The notes under the pieces were generated by a model. That model saw only the letters and a list, made by a program, of their open reading frames with translations. It was not told the origin of the DNA and searched no databases. A DNA stretch of 64,000 nucleotides, taken from Ylistrum balloti (taxonomy: Eukaryota). Positions 12,778 to 25,853 of this stretch are shown here, one piece after another. The stretch lies in contig NW_026782078.1 in assembly GCF_031769215.1 (NCBI RefSeq), forward strand, positions 744,001 to 808,000, in the 5' to 3' direction. Both the position numbers and the translations under genes were made by a program. The number at the start of each line of letters is the position of its first letter. The first letter of the stretch is position 1.

Positions 12778-14499
12778 ATGGCCAGGAAGGTAGACATATC
12801 ATTGCTATTTGTCTTCGTTCTATTGTTATACTTTCCCCAACTTTCGAACGGATCTGATGATGAGCAGACCAAACACCATGACAAGCGAGCTATGGGTGGC
12901 ATGTTTAAAGGTAATACTAACGAAATTCAAAAAAACTTTTATCCTAAACTCCGACTTACATAATTTCTTATTGAAGAAATCCTCTGAAATCGGCAATCTT
13001 AGTTTTTTTAAAGTGGGAGGACAACCCAAAGCATAATTAATACAATATCTGTTCACTATTTGTCGATCAGTAAACTGTGAAAAAGAGAGGAATACTTTGA
13101 TAAAAACTTGAGATCATTAAGCGTCAATGTGATTGGTTTAGCCTATTTGTTGTTTGGTGGCTACATTAAGGAGTTTTTATACATAGTACTTACACTGTAG
13201 TTTATTTGATGTTTGTTGTAAAAGTAGAGGACAGTTATTAATGATTTAATAAACGAACGATTATATCTGTGATTTGCTATCAATGTGAAGGAATGTAACC
13301 AATACCTTTCTATGTATCTGCAGACATCTTGAAATCTATTAAAACCAACTTCGTCCCGGGCAGTAAGAGTAAGAATCAGAAAGGAGGCGACGGAGGAGAC
13401 GGCAATGCCGGGGGATCGTCCAGTGGCTCCTGGAAAAACATGATACCTGACATAGCTAAGGCGTTTATACCAGACGGAGACCAGGTATAGTGAACATATT
13501 TCTATCACATCAATCGACAATGAGTAACACAAGTGTCAAAATATTGTAGGAGCTTCATCTTTCGGCTGGAGGGCAAATCGTTATGGCATACACATAGTTA
13601 CAATAATTTTAGATATTTTCTTCTTCAAAATCTACGTATAAATCACTATGATTAAACATTTAGATAACTTAGCTATATAACGTAAGCATCACTGGTAACA
13701 CTTGTTCATTTGGAATACTATCTTTGCGGTACAGGATAACAGCACCTCGACAGAAGACATGCAGGATAACGATTCCAGCTCTAACGTCACAGAGGTAGAT
13801 CCACAGGCCACTGAAGTCAATGCAGGAGTAACAGAGAACATGGGACAAGATACAAAAGTGAACAAACAGGATAGCGGGACCCAAGACGACATATCAGAAG
13901 ATGATTATGATACACAGGCAAGTGGCAAGACAGATGATAAACATGATTCAAAAGCGGACAATGGTTCAGGCGAAAAGCAAGACAAAACAACTGAGAAACA
14001 GAATGCGAAAGTTAATGAAGGAATAACTGAAAATATGGGCCCCAATGTAGATTCGAATATGATGGTCAATGAAACAGGTGATAATATGACGCAACATGAA
14101 TCAATTACCCAGCTACCGACAGGTGTGCACGATACGGCGTTAAACGCTGTTCATGACAATGATAAGGCAGCAGCACTGTCGTGGGAAGATGAATCACAGG
14201 AAGCAGAACAAGAAAAGGAAGAATCAGAAAAGCAGAAAAGTAACGACGATCTGAAAAAGACCGAGGAAGCCGAAGTAAAAGTTAATGCCGGTGTTACTGA
14301 AAATCTGGGTAATGACAATGTCAACCCAAAGCCAGCTAAATCTGGCTTATCTGACAACGACCATGATGTCAACTCCAACACAACAGTTTCCACAGGAAAT
14401 GCACTTATGTTTGAACAAAGCCAACCTTTGTCATGGGAAAGCGAATCACCGGAGGTCCTAGAGGATGAAATAGAAAAAGAACGTCAAACAAGACGATAG
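12778..14499 (+). CDS. Cluster gene 2: secreted acidic low-complexity protein, 352 aa, 3 coding exons (12778-12910, 13324-13484, 13735-14499)
   Basis: Signal-like MARKVDISLLFVFVLLLYFPQLSNG, then SDDEQTKHHDKR-AMGGMFK|D-ILKSIKTNFVPGSK...WKNMIPDIAKAFIPDGDQ|DNST... GT-AG sites with phases 1,0; total 1059 nt. A GTAAGT donor follows the stop immediately, and a further exon begins at 14897. Confidence 0.8.
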
Positions 14500-15929
14500 G
14501 TAAGTATTGGGAAATTCATTTCCCATTGATCTGAGTTGGGCTGAAATAATAATTCGTCAAAGTTTTATGAGTCATTATATGGGTATTGAGTCTGATTTTG
14601 AGTCGCCTCCTATATCTTAGTCTTTCTAGGACTCATCAGTGATTCCAAGGCAAAACAAACTGTTATGAATCTTTCGTTTTACGTCTTAAATACTTATTTT
14701 ATGTTTATAAAAATTGTTTCTTGAAATATGTCGTTGAATCCTGCTTATATCTACATCTGATTTTAGAGATAAAAGAAATACTTATATGCTCACAGAATTT
14801 GACATATCCTGTTTCATTTGCATTGTTACCAATAATGTATAATAATTATCAATATTTCATAGAAATTGGTGTTATCACATTTTCCTTTTCTTTCAGGAGA
14901 TGACAAGCGAAATACAAGTGGACATAAAATGAAAAGTCACAATGACAATATGTTAAAATTATTTTCATCAATAATTGCTTCGGATTGTGGTAAAATATAG
15001 ACATCAGTAATAGTGAGAGTGTATTAAACGTGCTGCAGTTTTACATCAGTCATATGAACTCTAAGAATATTCGGTGATCTTGACTGTAACACATGTTTTT
15101 GTATTTGTAAGAGTGTTATGCAATTAAAAGAAAGATATATAGATTCTGTTCAGTATTTGGCCTTTTGCCTTAAGCTTACAGTTTCTGCTCGAGATCTCGC
15201 TATTTTTCATAAAGGACATAACAAAAGAATTTTTTTTTAAATCTCAAGTTAGAGTTTTAAAAGGCAATATATGCACTAAGAAATGGATTATTCACTGACC
15301 TTGTAAAACGTACAGATATTAAAAGTGTATGTGTTCCGGGAGGTAGTGAAGTGATAATACAAATAATAAATGTTACGTATTCTGTCATGTATACATTTAC
15401 GTGAATGACAAAGTGAAAATAACCAACTGTGTCTGATTATGGGATAGATGAAATCAGCGCTATCCCAGCCTGGAATCGCTATCAATATCATATTGTACCT
15501 TGGACTGAAAAATAATTTAACATATATATTTCCAAAAAAAATAAATAAATACAGCACCGTATTTCGAACTAAAACTAAATGAACCAAGAGCAATACTGAA
15601 CTACTAAAAAGTATACAGGTAAATAGACCAGGAGTTCCTGAATGGGTAAGAGTCTTCTTCATTGACAGCATAGCCGTGTTAATCTAGGATTGGCTTCCTA
15701 ATCATAGGTTAGAAATAACAAAACTGCAAGATGCACTAGAAATTATACCTATAAACTTCCATTTTCCTTACTCCTTCTAGATCGTCATATGTTCTTAATT
15801 CGTTCAATTAATTTTGATTTCTTCTCAGTCGCCTCCTACATTTAAGAAAATGGTCCTTAACATCACTAACAAGTACTTGAAGGACGAAACAGTTATAAGA
15901 CGCAGATTTATTCTTTATATGACACTACA

Positions 15930-16410
15930 GTTTCATATAACGGCGATATCCACAAGTGTCTTTTGTACAATAGAACTCAAATTTGATGAAACTATGGCAT
16001 AGATATAAACAAAAGAAAGATTTACATGGATATTCCTGAAAAAGCACAAGGAGAATAGGATAAGTTGTCTCAGAAGAGTAAGTGTTTTCAATATAAACAA
16101 AACTGGAACTATCAAACATACTAACGAGTATCAAACACGTCTAACTTCATACCACACCAGTTGTGTGAATATTTCTCCTATCAAATCATTATGAGTTCCG
16201 TTAAACTCTTCCATCAGCCTGCAAATTTCGAAACCATGAGTTGTGAGTTTCAATTGCAAGTCATTATATCGGGAACAAGCCTTTGAATATCTAATCAAGT
16301 TCGACAAACGCCATATATGAGATGTAAGGAGTGCAAGGCTGTTGATATCCAGAAATGGAAAATTCACAATACGGAAATTAAAGTCATCATACTTATTGTA
16401 CAACCCTCCC
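15930..16410 (-). mobile_element. Degenerate PLE 3' fragment (RT thumb region and terminal repeat)
   Basis: Reads YNKYDDFNFRIVNFPFLD...LIRYSKACSRYNDL...KLTTHGF..RL, the YDKRDDF-type motif region. Confidence 0.65.
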
Positions 16411-17289
16411 TGTTGGTTTCGTTGTTTAAAAAAAAGTCAAGGTACGAAGCTCATGTAGACGAGTCTGTCGTGTCTTAGGTTATCAATTCAGTGAAGCTTT
16501 ACGATAGACATTACTGATAAATCTCTTGTTGTCGACGTCGTCGTTATATCTGAAAGTGATATTAAAAGCTCTTTGATAATTCAGCCACGCATGAAAACAA
16601 AAACAAATCCGCCAAGAGAGGAGAACAAGTTATTCGTAAAGGTATACCAATTAACTGCTGGAATATATTACCGCAAAACATTAAAGAGATGTTATCAACG
16701 AGAAACGCGCGGAATACGTTTTAATGTTGTTCATATGTTACATAATGTATTTCTAGATACATGGTAAACAAACAACCTGTTAGTAAAACTGACACCGGTG
16801 CAATAGATATTTTACTTTATCATAATATCATCAGCTCATACCATCTATTCCAAACCCATATATTTCACAAAATACATTAATTTCTACAATGCTACAAGGG
16901 AAAAGTCATTATATTAAGTCATGAAGTTTTCATCAAGTAAGTTAGTGAGTTGAAAAGTCGAATGCTATATCAAAAAAAGTTTTGGAGCAGATCTTCTTAG
17001 TTTATTAAAAGGTTATGAAAGGTCATAGCTTTAGTACCCAGACACACAGAAAGAAGGAAAGATATGGATCAGCAGATAACAACGCTGACGTAAAAGTTAT
17101 GGTTCCATAGCTAAGGCGATCAGCATTCTGGCACGTTTAATAAAGAAACCATTTTTAACGGTGTATATCATGTTAATGAACTATCAAAAACTGTACCATA
17201 GAAGAATATAATTCATGGAAGTCATTGGGCTGGATGAGCATGGTATATAAAACATAAAGACAATACCAACATGGTAACATAATCATAAT

Positions 17290-17730
17290 TCAAACTCAAA
17301 TTCCATAAAACTAGGGGAATATATGAACAAAGGAGAGATTTACACGGAGACTCCTGAAAAAGTTCCATGAAAATAAGCCCATATAAACATTGGTCAATCC
17401 AAGTAAGTAATGTCACGTTCTCAAATGAGAACAAGGTATACAACAACGGAACCAAAAGGCAAATTAACGAGCATCAAACACGTCCAGCTTCATGTCGCTC
17501 AGAGAAATAGAATATTTCTCAATGAGATCACTATGGCGACCATAAAACCATAATTGTCATCAACCTGCATTTTAGAACCATTGTGGTAAGAGTTTGTCAG
17601 TCAGTTGACGACATCTTGTACGATAAATCGTGATAATTGGAACTGGCCCTTGAATATCGAATCAGTTGTGACAAGTAAATACCAAAGGTTGGAGATGCAG
17701 GGATATTGCTATCCAGAAATGTAATTAATT
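17290..17730 (-). mobile_element. Degenerate PLE 3' fragment
   Basis: Minus strand reads FLDSNIPASPTFGIYLSQLIRYSRASSNYHDL... and shares the gttctcaaatgagaacaag segment with other copies. Confidence 0.6.
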
Positions 17731-18439
17731 TTATCTAATACTAAACTTACATTCGATTTTGGGTAATAGTACAAAGAACGTCTTATAAAAATGCTTTAGA
17801 ACTGCAGACTCCAAGATTTAAAGGGGGAAAAATCACAATTCTAGTTTTTGTCGTTCATACTAGCATACTATAGTTTTTCAATATATGTCATTTCAATAAA
17901 TAAGTTTGTGTAGCCTGATTTTTTTTCCACATGTTTTGTAAGAGGAAATAAGATTTTCTCAAACTATTCACATAAATAGCAATAAGTACTCCTAACCAAT
18001 TAAATTACTTCACTCATTGTTAGAGGTACACAACACACTATATCAAACTATACAGCAGTGTCAGATAGGAACGAGATACGTTATAACACAGCGTAAACAA
18101 AACCAAAAAAACAAGAGCACACCGCAATGCCATCAAAATCGTCATTCACATTAAACTAGATGGAAATATTCACAAATAAAAGAGGCCCTTTTTAAAAAGC
18201 ACACTTAGTTCTGATGTTCCTGAAGACTTTTTTCACCCGTCAAATTATTCAGGTAAGTTATGTTTCATTATCATCCACCTGATACACAAAGTCATCGAAC
18301 ACATTACTGGCCCAATTTTCTATTTGAAAATTTGTCTTTTGTTCATGCATTGCCCATCTTTCACAAGTTTTAAACTTTTACAAAAAAAAGTACTTGTAGT
18401 ACGCCAAAGCGTCAAGTAACGAATTTACAATGTACCGCA

Positions 18440-19845
18440 ATACCAATAACACAGATAGACTATACCTAGCGCCAATAACACAGATAGACTATACCTAGCG
18501 CCAATAACACAGATAGACTATACCTAACTATACCCAAGCGCAAATAATACGGTCAGAAATAATACAATTAGACTAGAAACCTAGCGCCAATAAACACAGG
18601 TTACGCCTTAGCGCCAATAAACACAGTCTACGCCTTAGTGCCAATAAACAAACTACGTTTTAGTGCCAATAAACACAATTACAATATACACAAATGTATT
18701 CTAACGCCAGTTAACAGAAACCTTTGCGCCAATAAGACACAGTAAGACTACACCTTAACGCCAATAAACACAGACCAGACCTGAGAGCCATTAAACAAAA
18801 TTAGACTATACCTTAGCGTCAATGAACACAGGAAGACTATACCTTAGCGCCAATAACACACTTAGACTATACCTTAGCGCCAATAACACTTTTAGACTAC
18901 ACCTTAGCAACAATAAACACGGTCAGTGTACCACATAAAAACATTTAGAAAATAATAAAAGCGCACAGTGTATACCACCATCGCCAATAATACATGGGAA
19001 AATATACTCAACTGTCAATAAAAGCGGTCAAAATATACCACAGCGCCAATATATCAGTGTATACCACAGCGCCAATAAACATCGATAAAATATACATAGC
19101 GCCAATATACAATAAAAGCGGTTAGCGCCAATATACACGGGAAAATACACCATAGCGCCAATATACACGGGAAAATATACCATAGCGCCAATATACACGG
19201 GAAAATATACCATAGCGCCAATAAACATCGATAGAATATACTCAACTGTCAATAAAAGCGGTCAGTGTATACCACAGCGCCAATAAAAGCGGTCAGTGTA
19301 TACCACAGCGCCAATAAACATCGATAGAATATACTCAACTGTCAATAAAAGCGGTCAGTGTATACCACCGCGCCAATAAAAGCGGTCAGTGTATACCACA
19401 GCGCCAATAAAAGCGGTCAGTGTATACCACATAGCCAATAAAGGCGGTCAGTGTATACCACATCGCCAATAAAAGCGCACAGTGTATACCACATCGCCAA
19501 TAAACATCGATAGAATATACTCAACTGTCAATAAAAGCGGTCAGTGTATACCACAGCGCCAATAAAAGCGGTCAGTGTATACCACATCGCCAATAAAAGC
19601 GCACAGTGTATACCACAGTGCCAATAAAAGCGGTCAGTGTATACCACATCGCCAATAAAAGCGGTCAGTGTATACCACAGCGCCAATAAAAGCGGTCAGT
19701 GTATACCACAGTGCCAATAAAAGCGGTCAGTGTATACCACATCGCCAATAAAAGCGGTCAGTGTATACCGCAATGACAATAAAAGCGGTCAGTGTATACC
19801 ACAGCGCCAATAAAAGCGGTCAGTGTATACCACAGCGCCAATAAC
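18440..19845. repeat. Compound minisatellite built on a GCGCCAATA core (~28-31 bp units)
   Basis: The early unit gcgccaataacacagatagactatacct grades into gcgccaataaaagcggtcagtgtataccaca. Confidence 0.9.
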
Positions 19846-20189
19846 TCGAGATTTCTGTCCACTACCCTATCTAACGCTCAGACATTGTGTTTACAGATAT
19901 ATATATATCTAACACTAAGACATAGTTTTTACATATGTATATGTGCATATATATGTATATGTGTATTTTCGTTTTCATCCAAAAAACCATTTACGAAACG
20001 GATTTAAGTATCTAGATGCATTCCCACAAATTTGATTGGTGTGTTTTAGAAATGTTTTACCAGTAAATAACAATTGTGAGAACCGAATTTTTAAGTCGGA
20101 ATCATAGTTACAACATCAATAAAAATGTGCATGCTATGTTACGTAGACTGTTCACTACATCACGTGAATGTGTAAGGCTACAGAGAGAG

Positions 20190-23100
20190 ATGCACGACTG
20201 GTACATCTGTTTGCTGGTTAGGCTGTTCATTCTACAGAGGGGTATTATACCCGTAGTTTGTGGTCCCTACACGGGGTACAGAGGGACTAATGGAGGTTCT
20301 TTCCAGGACGTATTATTTGGTGAGTGTTGTCTTTTCTACCAAGTAAATGGCAAGTTCGTTATTGTTGTTCCCGTCAACGGTTTTGTTTGAGATATAGTAG
20401 AGAATATATCTATTTTTTGTTATTTTTGTCTAATTAACGATATCAGTCATAATTCTATATATTTGATCGTCACAATTTTTAAGCTATAAATAAAAATGTA
20501 TATTTCTGTCAGCGTGTACAGCGTATACTGTATAACATTGAATGTTCAGGTAAAGCTAAATGAGACATCCGATTGAAGTATTATGTGTATAGTTATGTGA
20601 CGAGAATGAAATTTACACTCGATATGACAGGATTAAAACCACGAATAAAAATATCCACGAAAATGGTATGATGTATACCATGGCATTGCTATAACTAAAG
20701 TAACATATCAGCACAGATTCTACAGAAATTTTAAAATTTACAAAAACTTCAACATTTAAATATGAAAAAATATACACTATCCAACAAGCAATAATTAATA
20801 TAAAGCCTAATCTTTGCTGTTTATGGTTTTATAAACGAAAGTAATCACGTGGTAAGCGCGCCGTCCTTTTAATATGTTCATATCCAAAGGTTCATGCGAT
20901 TTTTCTCACTTGTATTTTCTCGTGTTTTCCACGCTCTTGTCGTACCGTCGTGTCTTATGACTAAAACATGTGCGATGTAAAAGTATTGTTATTTATTTAT
21001 AACTTAATCAGAATGTGTCACTGGTATGTTTTGTACCAGTCATCAGTTTTCTTTGTCATTTTTTGTAACAATCCTTGTATATATGTTTATTTATTTTGTA
21101 TTTTTATAAAGAAAATTTGTATTGATATGAACGTGTACTTTCATTAAGGAGTATTAGGTATAGTGTTGGTCCAAACAAAGCTGAAATCGATAGGACTGTA
21201 ATATACAACTTGTTATTTATGATTGATGGTAAATGAAAAAAGTTAAGTTTTTTTCATCAAAAGAGTTGGAATAAAAAAAATTCCAAAAATTATTTTTTAA
21301 ACGGAATTCGGAATTTTTACTTCCAGTACCAACACTTATCCTTATTCATCCCTTTTAAGCTCTTTAAAAGTGTAGTAAAAGCTAACGGCTAATATCAATA
21401 ATATTGATCACTCATGTTTACCCGGATGGAAGAGCACGAGAGTTCCTACTAAGGGAGGAAACCGCAGTACCTGAGGAAAACCCACAATGTCGGGCAAGTG
21501 AACCCCATACTAAATCACTGTTTATGAAACATTTGTTATTTGATATATCCAAGGAATGATATGGTCTCTCCACGATGTATAAACTAATTACTTTGATATC
21601 CAATAGTTAGTCGGTCTATGACGCCAAACCTTGTTATTGTAGGTGTCCCAATCGGCATGAAACACAGCCCATCAATCGTGGTACATGACTTAAATGATTC
21701 CGATGGTTCTGACGGTTCAGACGGCTCCGACGGCTCAGATCGTTCCGATTCATCGTTGTCGTCATCGTCGTCGTCATCGTCGTCCAGTGAATCAAATGAA
21801 GACGAAAGGGACGATGCACAAACAAATGGACGTGGAAATGATGATAGGCAATACAATGACAGAAACAGTGATGAAGATAGACGAGATGACGACAGTCGAA
21901 ATAGAAACAACGACGATGAAAATAGCAAGGAATTGCAGGCAGTGAAAGGTGACGAGAAAGGAAAAAACATGAATGAATATAAACTACAACAAATTTACAA
22001 TAATAAAAATGAACACGATAGCGAGGAGAAATCAGAAGATGTTGGCGACATCAAGAAAGCAAAACTAGACAATGCGGCGATTGTCCACGCTGTAACCAAA
22101 TCTGGATCCATGGATGGTGTTGCTGGTGAGACGGGAGGGGCTTCTCTGCCTTCTGTTAAAGATGGGCCTGAAACTGTTCTACCAGGAGAAGCAGACGGCA
22201 AATCGAGTAGTGATATTGATGAAAGTAGATCTAGAGGAGAAGACGACAGCAATGAAAGCAGGCCCCGAGGAGAGGATGATGGTCGCCCAAGAGGTGAAAA
22301 TACATCAGGTGGCAAGAAACAGTGGCCGAAACTTGTACCCGACATGTTCAAAAGTCTCGTACCCGAGGCGGTAAGAGAGATCAATATTTTTATTAATCCT
22401 TATCATTGGAGGACTTTAAAAGACATTTTAGAAATAAGATATCAGTAATAGATAGGTATTTCCATGATATAGAAAAGGCACGATGCCAAATGTATTTTAA
22501 CTTTCATAAAAAATAAAATGCTGAATGTCACATTTCTATATAACAGAAGAAAAACAACACCAAGCACACTATGACCGCAGAAGGAAAGAAAAACAACACA
22601 AGGGGACAGGAAACCGTCAGCAAAAGTAACCATGGATGGCCATACTTTGTACCTGAAGTATTTAAACCGCTTATACCAGACACGGTAGGTGACGACCATA
22701 CTTAGTACCGGAAGTATCTAAACCGCTTATACCAGACACGGTAGGTGACGGTCATACTTTGTACCGGAAGTATTCAAACTTCTCATACCAGACACGGTAG
22801 GTGACGGCCATACTGTACCGGAAGTATTTAAACCGCTCATACCACATACGGTAGGTGACGGCCATACTTTGTACCGGAAGTATTTAAACCTCTCATACCA
22901 CATACGGTAGGTGACGGCCATACTGTACCGGAAGTATTTAAACCTCTCATACCAGACACGGTAGGTGACAGCCATACTTTGTACCGGAAGTATTTAAACC
23001 GCTAATGCAAGACATGGTAGGTGTCTATCTTAATTTATACCGGAAGTATTTAAACCGCTCATACAAGACACGGTAAGTGATGGTCATACTTTATACCGGA

Positions 23101-25066
23101 AGTATTTAAATTGCTCATACAAGACACGGTAGCTGACGGTCATACTTTATACAAGAAGTATTTAAATCGTGATACCAGACACAGTAGGTTAATTTATCTC
23201 AATGATATCAAAGACACTTTGTATGACTTTATCTTCTACAATTAGTTAACGATAGGTATTAGAAACAGAAGAAAATCTGCTGTTCTTCAATCAGATTGAG
23301 AATGTTCTTTATGTTATATTTTAGAATGTGTTAAAAATGTATATGCTAAACATATAGTTTTGTTTATGTTTACTGTATCATAAGTACTAGTTTTTGTCTG
23401 GTTTTTCACGTTTATTTCGATCTGCCGCAGTGCGAGACACTTTCATTATCTAGCTCTATTGTCACTCGTTGTTTTTTCTATGTCCTTTATACAAATTTGT
23501 AACATATATATATTTATCCGAGACAAATTGGACACATGTAGATGACGATTCGGGCTCAAAATCACGATTATAGTAGTTATAATTAACAGAAAACAAATAC
23601 ACCAAACGAAGGAAAGAAACATTGATAGCAGTTACCTACATGTACTACGGTGAAGTATTACGTTGGGGTTTTTTTACCGGCAAAGAACTGGACACAGGCA
23701 TAGGATAAATCGGACACAAAAGTTGTCAAAACGTGGGTTTTCTTCGAACGAGGATAGGGGAAAATTTAGACCATTGTAAATACAAAGTCATTTAGCCTAT
23801 ATGAATTTTTATATGCTAGATATTGGACATAGGAAGAGGACGAATCGGACACAGATGAATAATAATAACTCTGTCTACAGTGATGTTAATTATAATTTTA
23901 CAGGAGAGGAATGGGACTCAGGCTGAGGACAATTCAGACACATACAAACAGAACAACAACATGTCCTATACCGACACGTATGTAATGGACCAATACATGG
24001 AGAATTTGGTAAATATTCTTCCTTTGATCACTCAAAATGCAGAGGAAATAATGGTTCACATTTGAGTTTGGCAAGATTAAGTTCCAACCCACGAAATAAA
24101 TCCGCATAAAAGTACAATAATCATAATAATTTGCCACGATACAAGCAAAATACAAAATACAGAACATTTTTCATGATGAAGAGTACCAGTACTGGGAATC
24201 TTATTTCAGGAAATTGTAACAGTTACAAAACAGAAATCATGACAGAAAAAATGCCTTTGATGGCTCCATAGCATGTTAATCATTTGATTGAATCTTATTT
24301 TGACATAGTCTAAAATATTTCATTTTTCTGACTATGAAATCGAAATAAATACAATTTCACAGAAAAGTGATAAGCGAGATTTGTCGATTCTTAGTTTATG
24401 ACAAAATCTGCATCTTTATAAGAACTTGTTTATTTAAACTATTGTATGTGTCAACACCGATATATTGTATTTAGAACCTGCTTATCTGTGTTTATTCCAG
24501 CGCATTGTTTAATTCGTGTTGTTAGAATGACGTAATATGAATTAACTACACGTGCTGCTGTTCTTTGATTTACCTAGCCCTACGCTAAGTCAATGCTGAC
24601 ATTTGGCGAAGCTGGAGAGCATGAGGTGGAACACACAGATGCTTCCGGTGGCGAAAAGACACAGAGCGCCGACTTCAACATACCCCCAGACGAAATCACC
24701 ATGCAAAATGGCGGCGCTGGATACTCAAGCGCCAACGAATCAAGTGGTGTCGGGAACAACAACAAAAGTCCATTCAAAGTCAACTACAGTGGTATGTCCG
24801 CAACCGGAAGTCATGGAGTGGATGATAAAAATAAGTCTCCCGGTAAAATGAAACCCCCGGGGAAGGAGGGTGGTGAGGCTGCTGGAGATTCGCATCAGCA
24901 AGTCCCGGACAACAAACCAGGGAAAGTAAAAGGAAAAAAAGAGAACAACAAAGCTACTGAGACACAATCGAGCGGCGGAGGGACCGTACCGCAGGGCCAG
25001 GGAAGTCCAAAGGGGGACCAGTACAACCGCCCTCCTAGCAACGTACCGAGTGTTCCCGACAAATAA
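20190..25066 (+). CDS. Cluster gene 3: secreted Ser/Asp/Gly-rich protein, ~529 aa, 5 exons (20190-20319, 21643-22370, 22547-22684, 23904-24008, 24578-25066)
   Basis: Hydrophobic N-terminus MHDWYICLLVRLFILQRGIIPVVCG and a phase-1 donor TTTG|gtgagt. Exon 2 has (SDG)n and poly-Ser and ends WPKLVPDMFKSLVPEA. Exon 3 (absent from the ORF track) ends WPYFVPEVFKPLIPDT. Exons 4-5 join in phase 0 (YMENL|PYAKSMLTFG). Total 1590 nt, divisible by 3. The start codon and the exon 4 donor are the least certain parts. Confidence 0.7.
21415..21525 (-). mobile_element. SINE central-domain fragment
   Basis: The minus strand tgtgggttttcctcaggtactgcggtttcctccc is typical of the conserved core of invertebrate tRNA-derived SINEs. 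Confidence 0.45.
22685..23190. repeat. 54/56-bp minisatellite, 9 copies, made of the gene 3 exon 3 end plus 5' splice site
   Basis: Donor-like gtagg/gtaag/gtagc at 22685, 22741, 22797, 22851, 22907, 22961, 23017, 23073, 23129 and 23184. Confidence 0.92.
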
Positions 25067-25817
25067 ACACCGGGAAGAGAGGCCAGTGTAACGATTGTAC
25101 CGGCTGCTTCCACTGCGGTTAACGTCTCAAGGAGGGGCAGTACGATGGTGACTTTTCTTAATACCACGTGTTTCTGACATAACGTACACTTTCACAATTT
25201 CATCAGACATCATCCATGCTTGTTTTGATTTTTGCTATTTTTCGGATCATACTAGTATTTTCATTAAATGTAGATGTTTTACTACTCAGAGTTCCATATA
25301 CAATTATTTACATGTATATGATGTTCTTAATGACGTTTTATTAACTCTGTGTACCTTTGTCATCGATTTCATGAAAATGATCTGGAGAAAATGATAGAGC
25401 TCAAAACATGCTCAGTCATCTACCCTTCGTTCTGGTGAAAGTTTGTCTATATTTCAACTGTCCATAAGTATACAGAGCCATCCTTTTATGTTCTACAAGA
25501 TTTTCTCAATAAAATTTACACTTCCATCTGAAATGTACGTTGTGTACTAAATTGTATTACTTCACGTGTTCTTCTAGTCATCATTATGAAGGAAACAGTC
25601 GGTGCTTTATCAAGCGAGTAGAGTGGGATATCTTGTCAGTTACATGTGTGTCATAAAGCTTCATTCAAGTACAACAAAGTAAATGTAGTTATAGCTTCAA
25701 AGGATGGTATCTTACCGTTCTTATTGGAAGTCATTTTCACTTTAGAATAAATAATAACAACCACTTGTGTCCACATACGGGCAGTAAATATAGCTGATAA
25801 ATGATAGGGTATGATAA

Positions 25818-25853
25818 GTCACGTGGTACAGTCACATGCTAGAAGTCACATGA
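25818..25853. promoter_or_regulatory. Triple E-box cluster upstream of gene 4
   Basis: gtcacgtgg (25818), gtcacatgc (25831) and gtcacatga (25845) within 36 bp. Confidence 0.4.

Noticed and set aside
17042-17110. Possible extra terminal exon (THRKKERYGSADNNADVKVMVP*) downstream of gene 2
   Set aside because: Weak pyrimidine tract, gene 2 already stops upstream, and there is no homology to the family.
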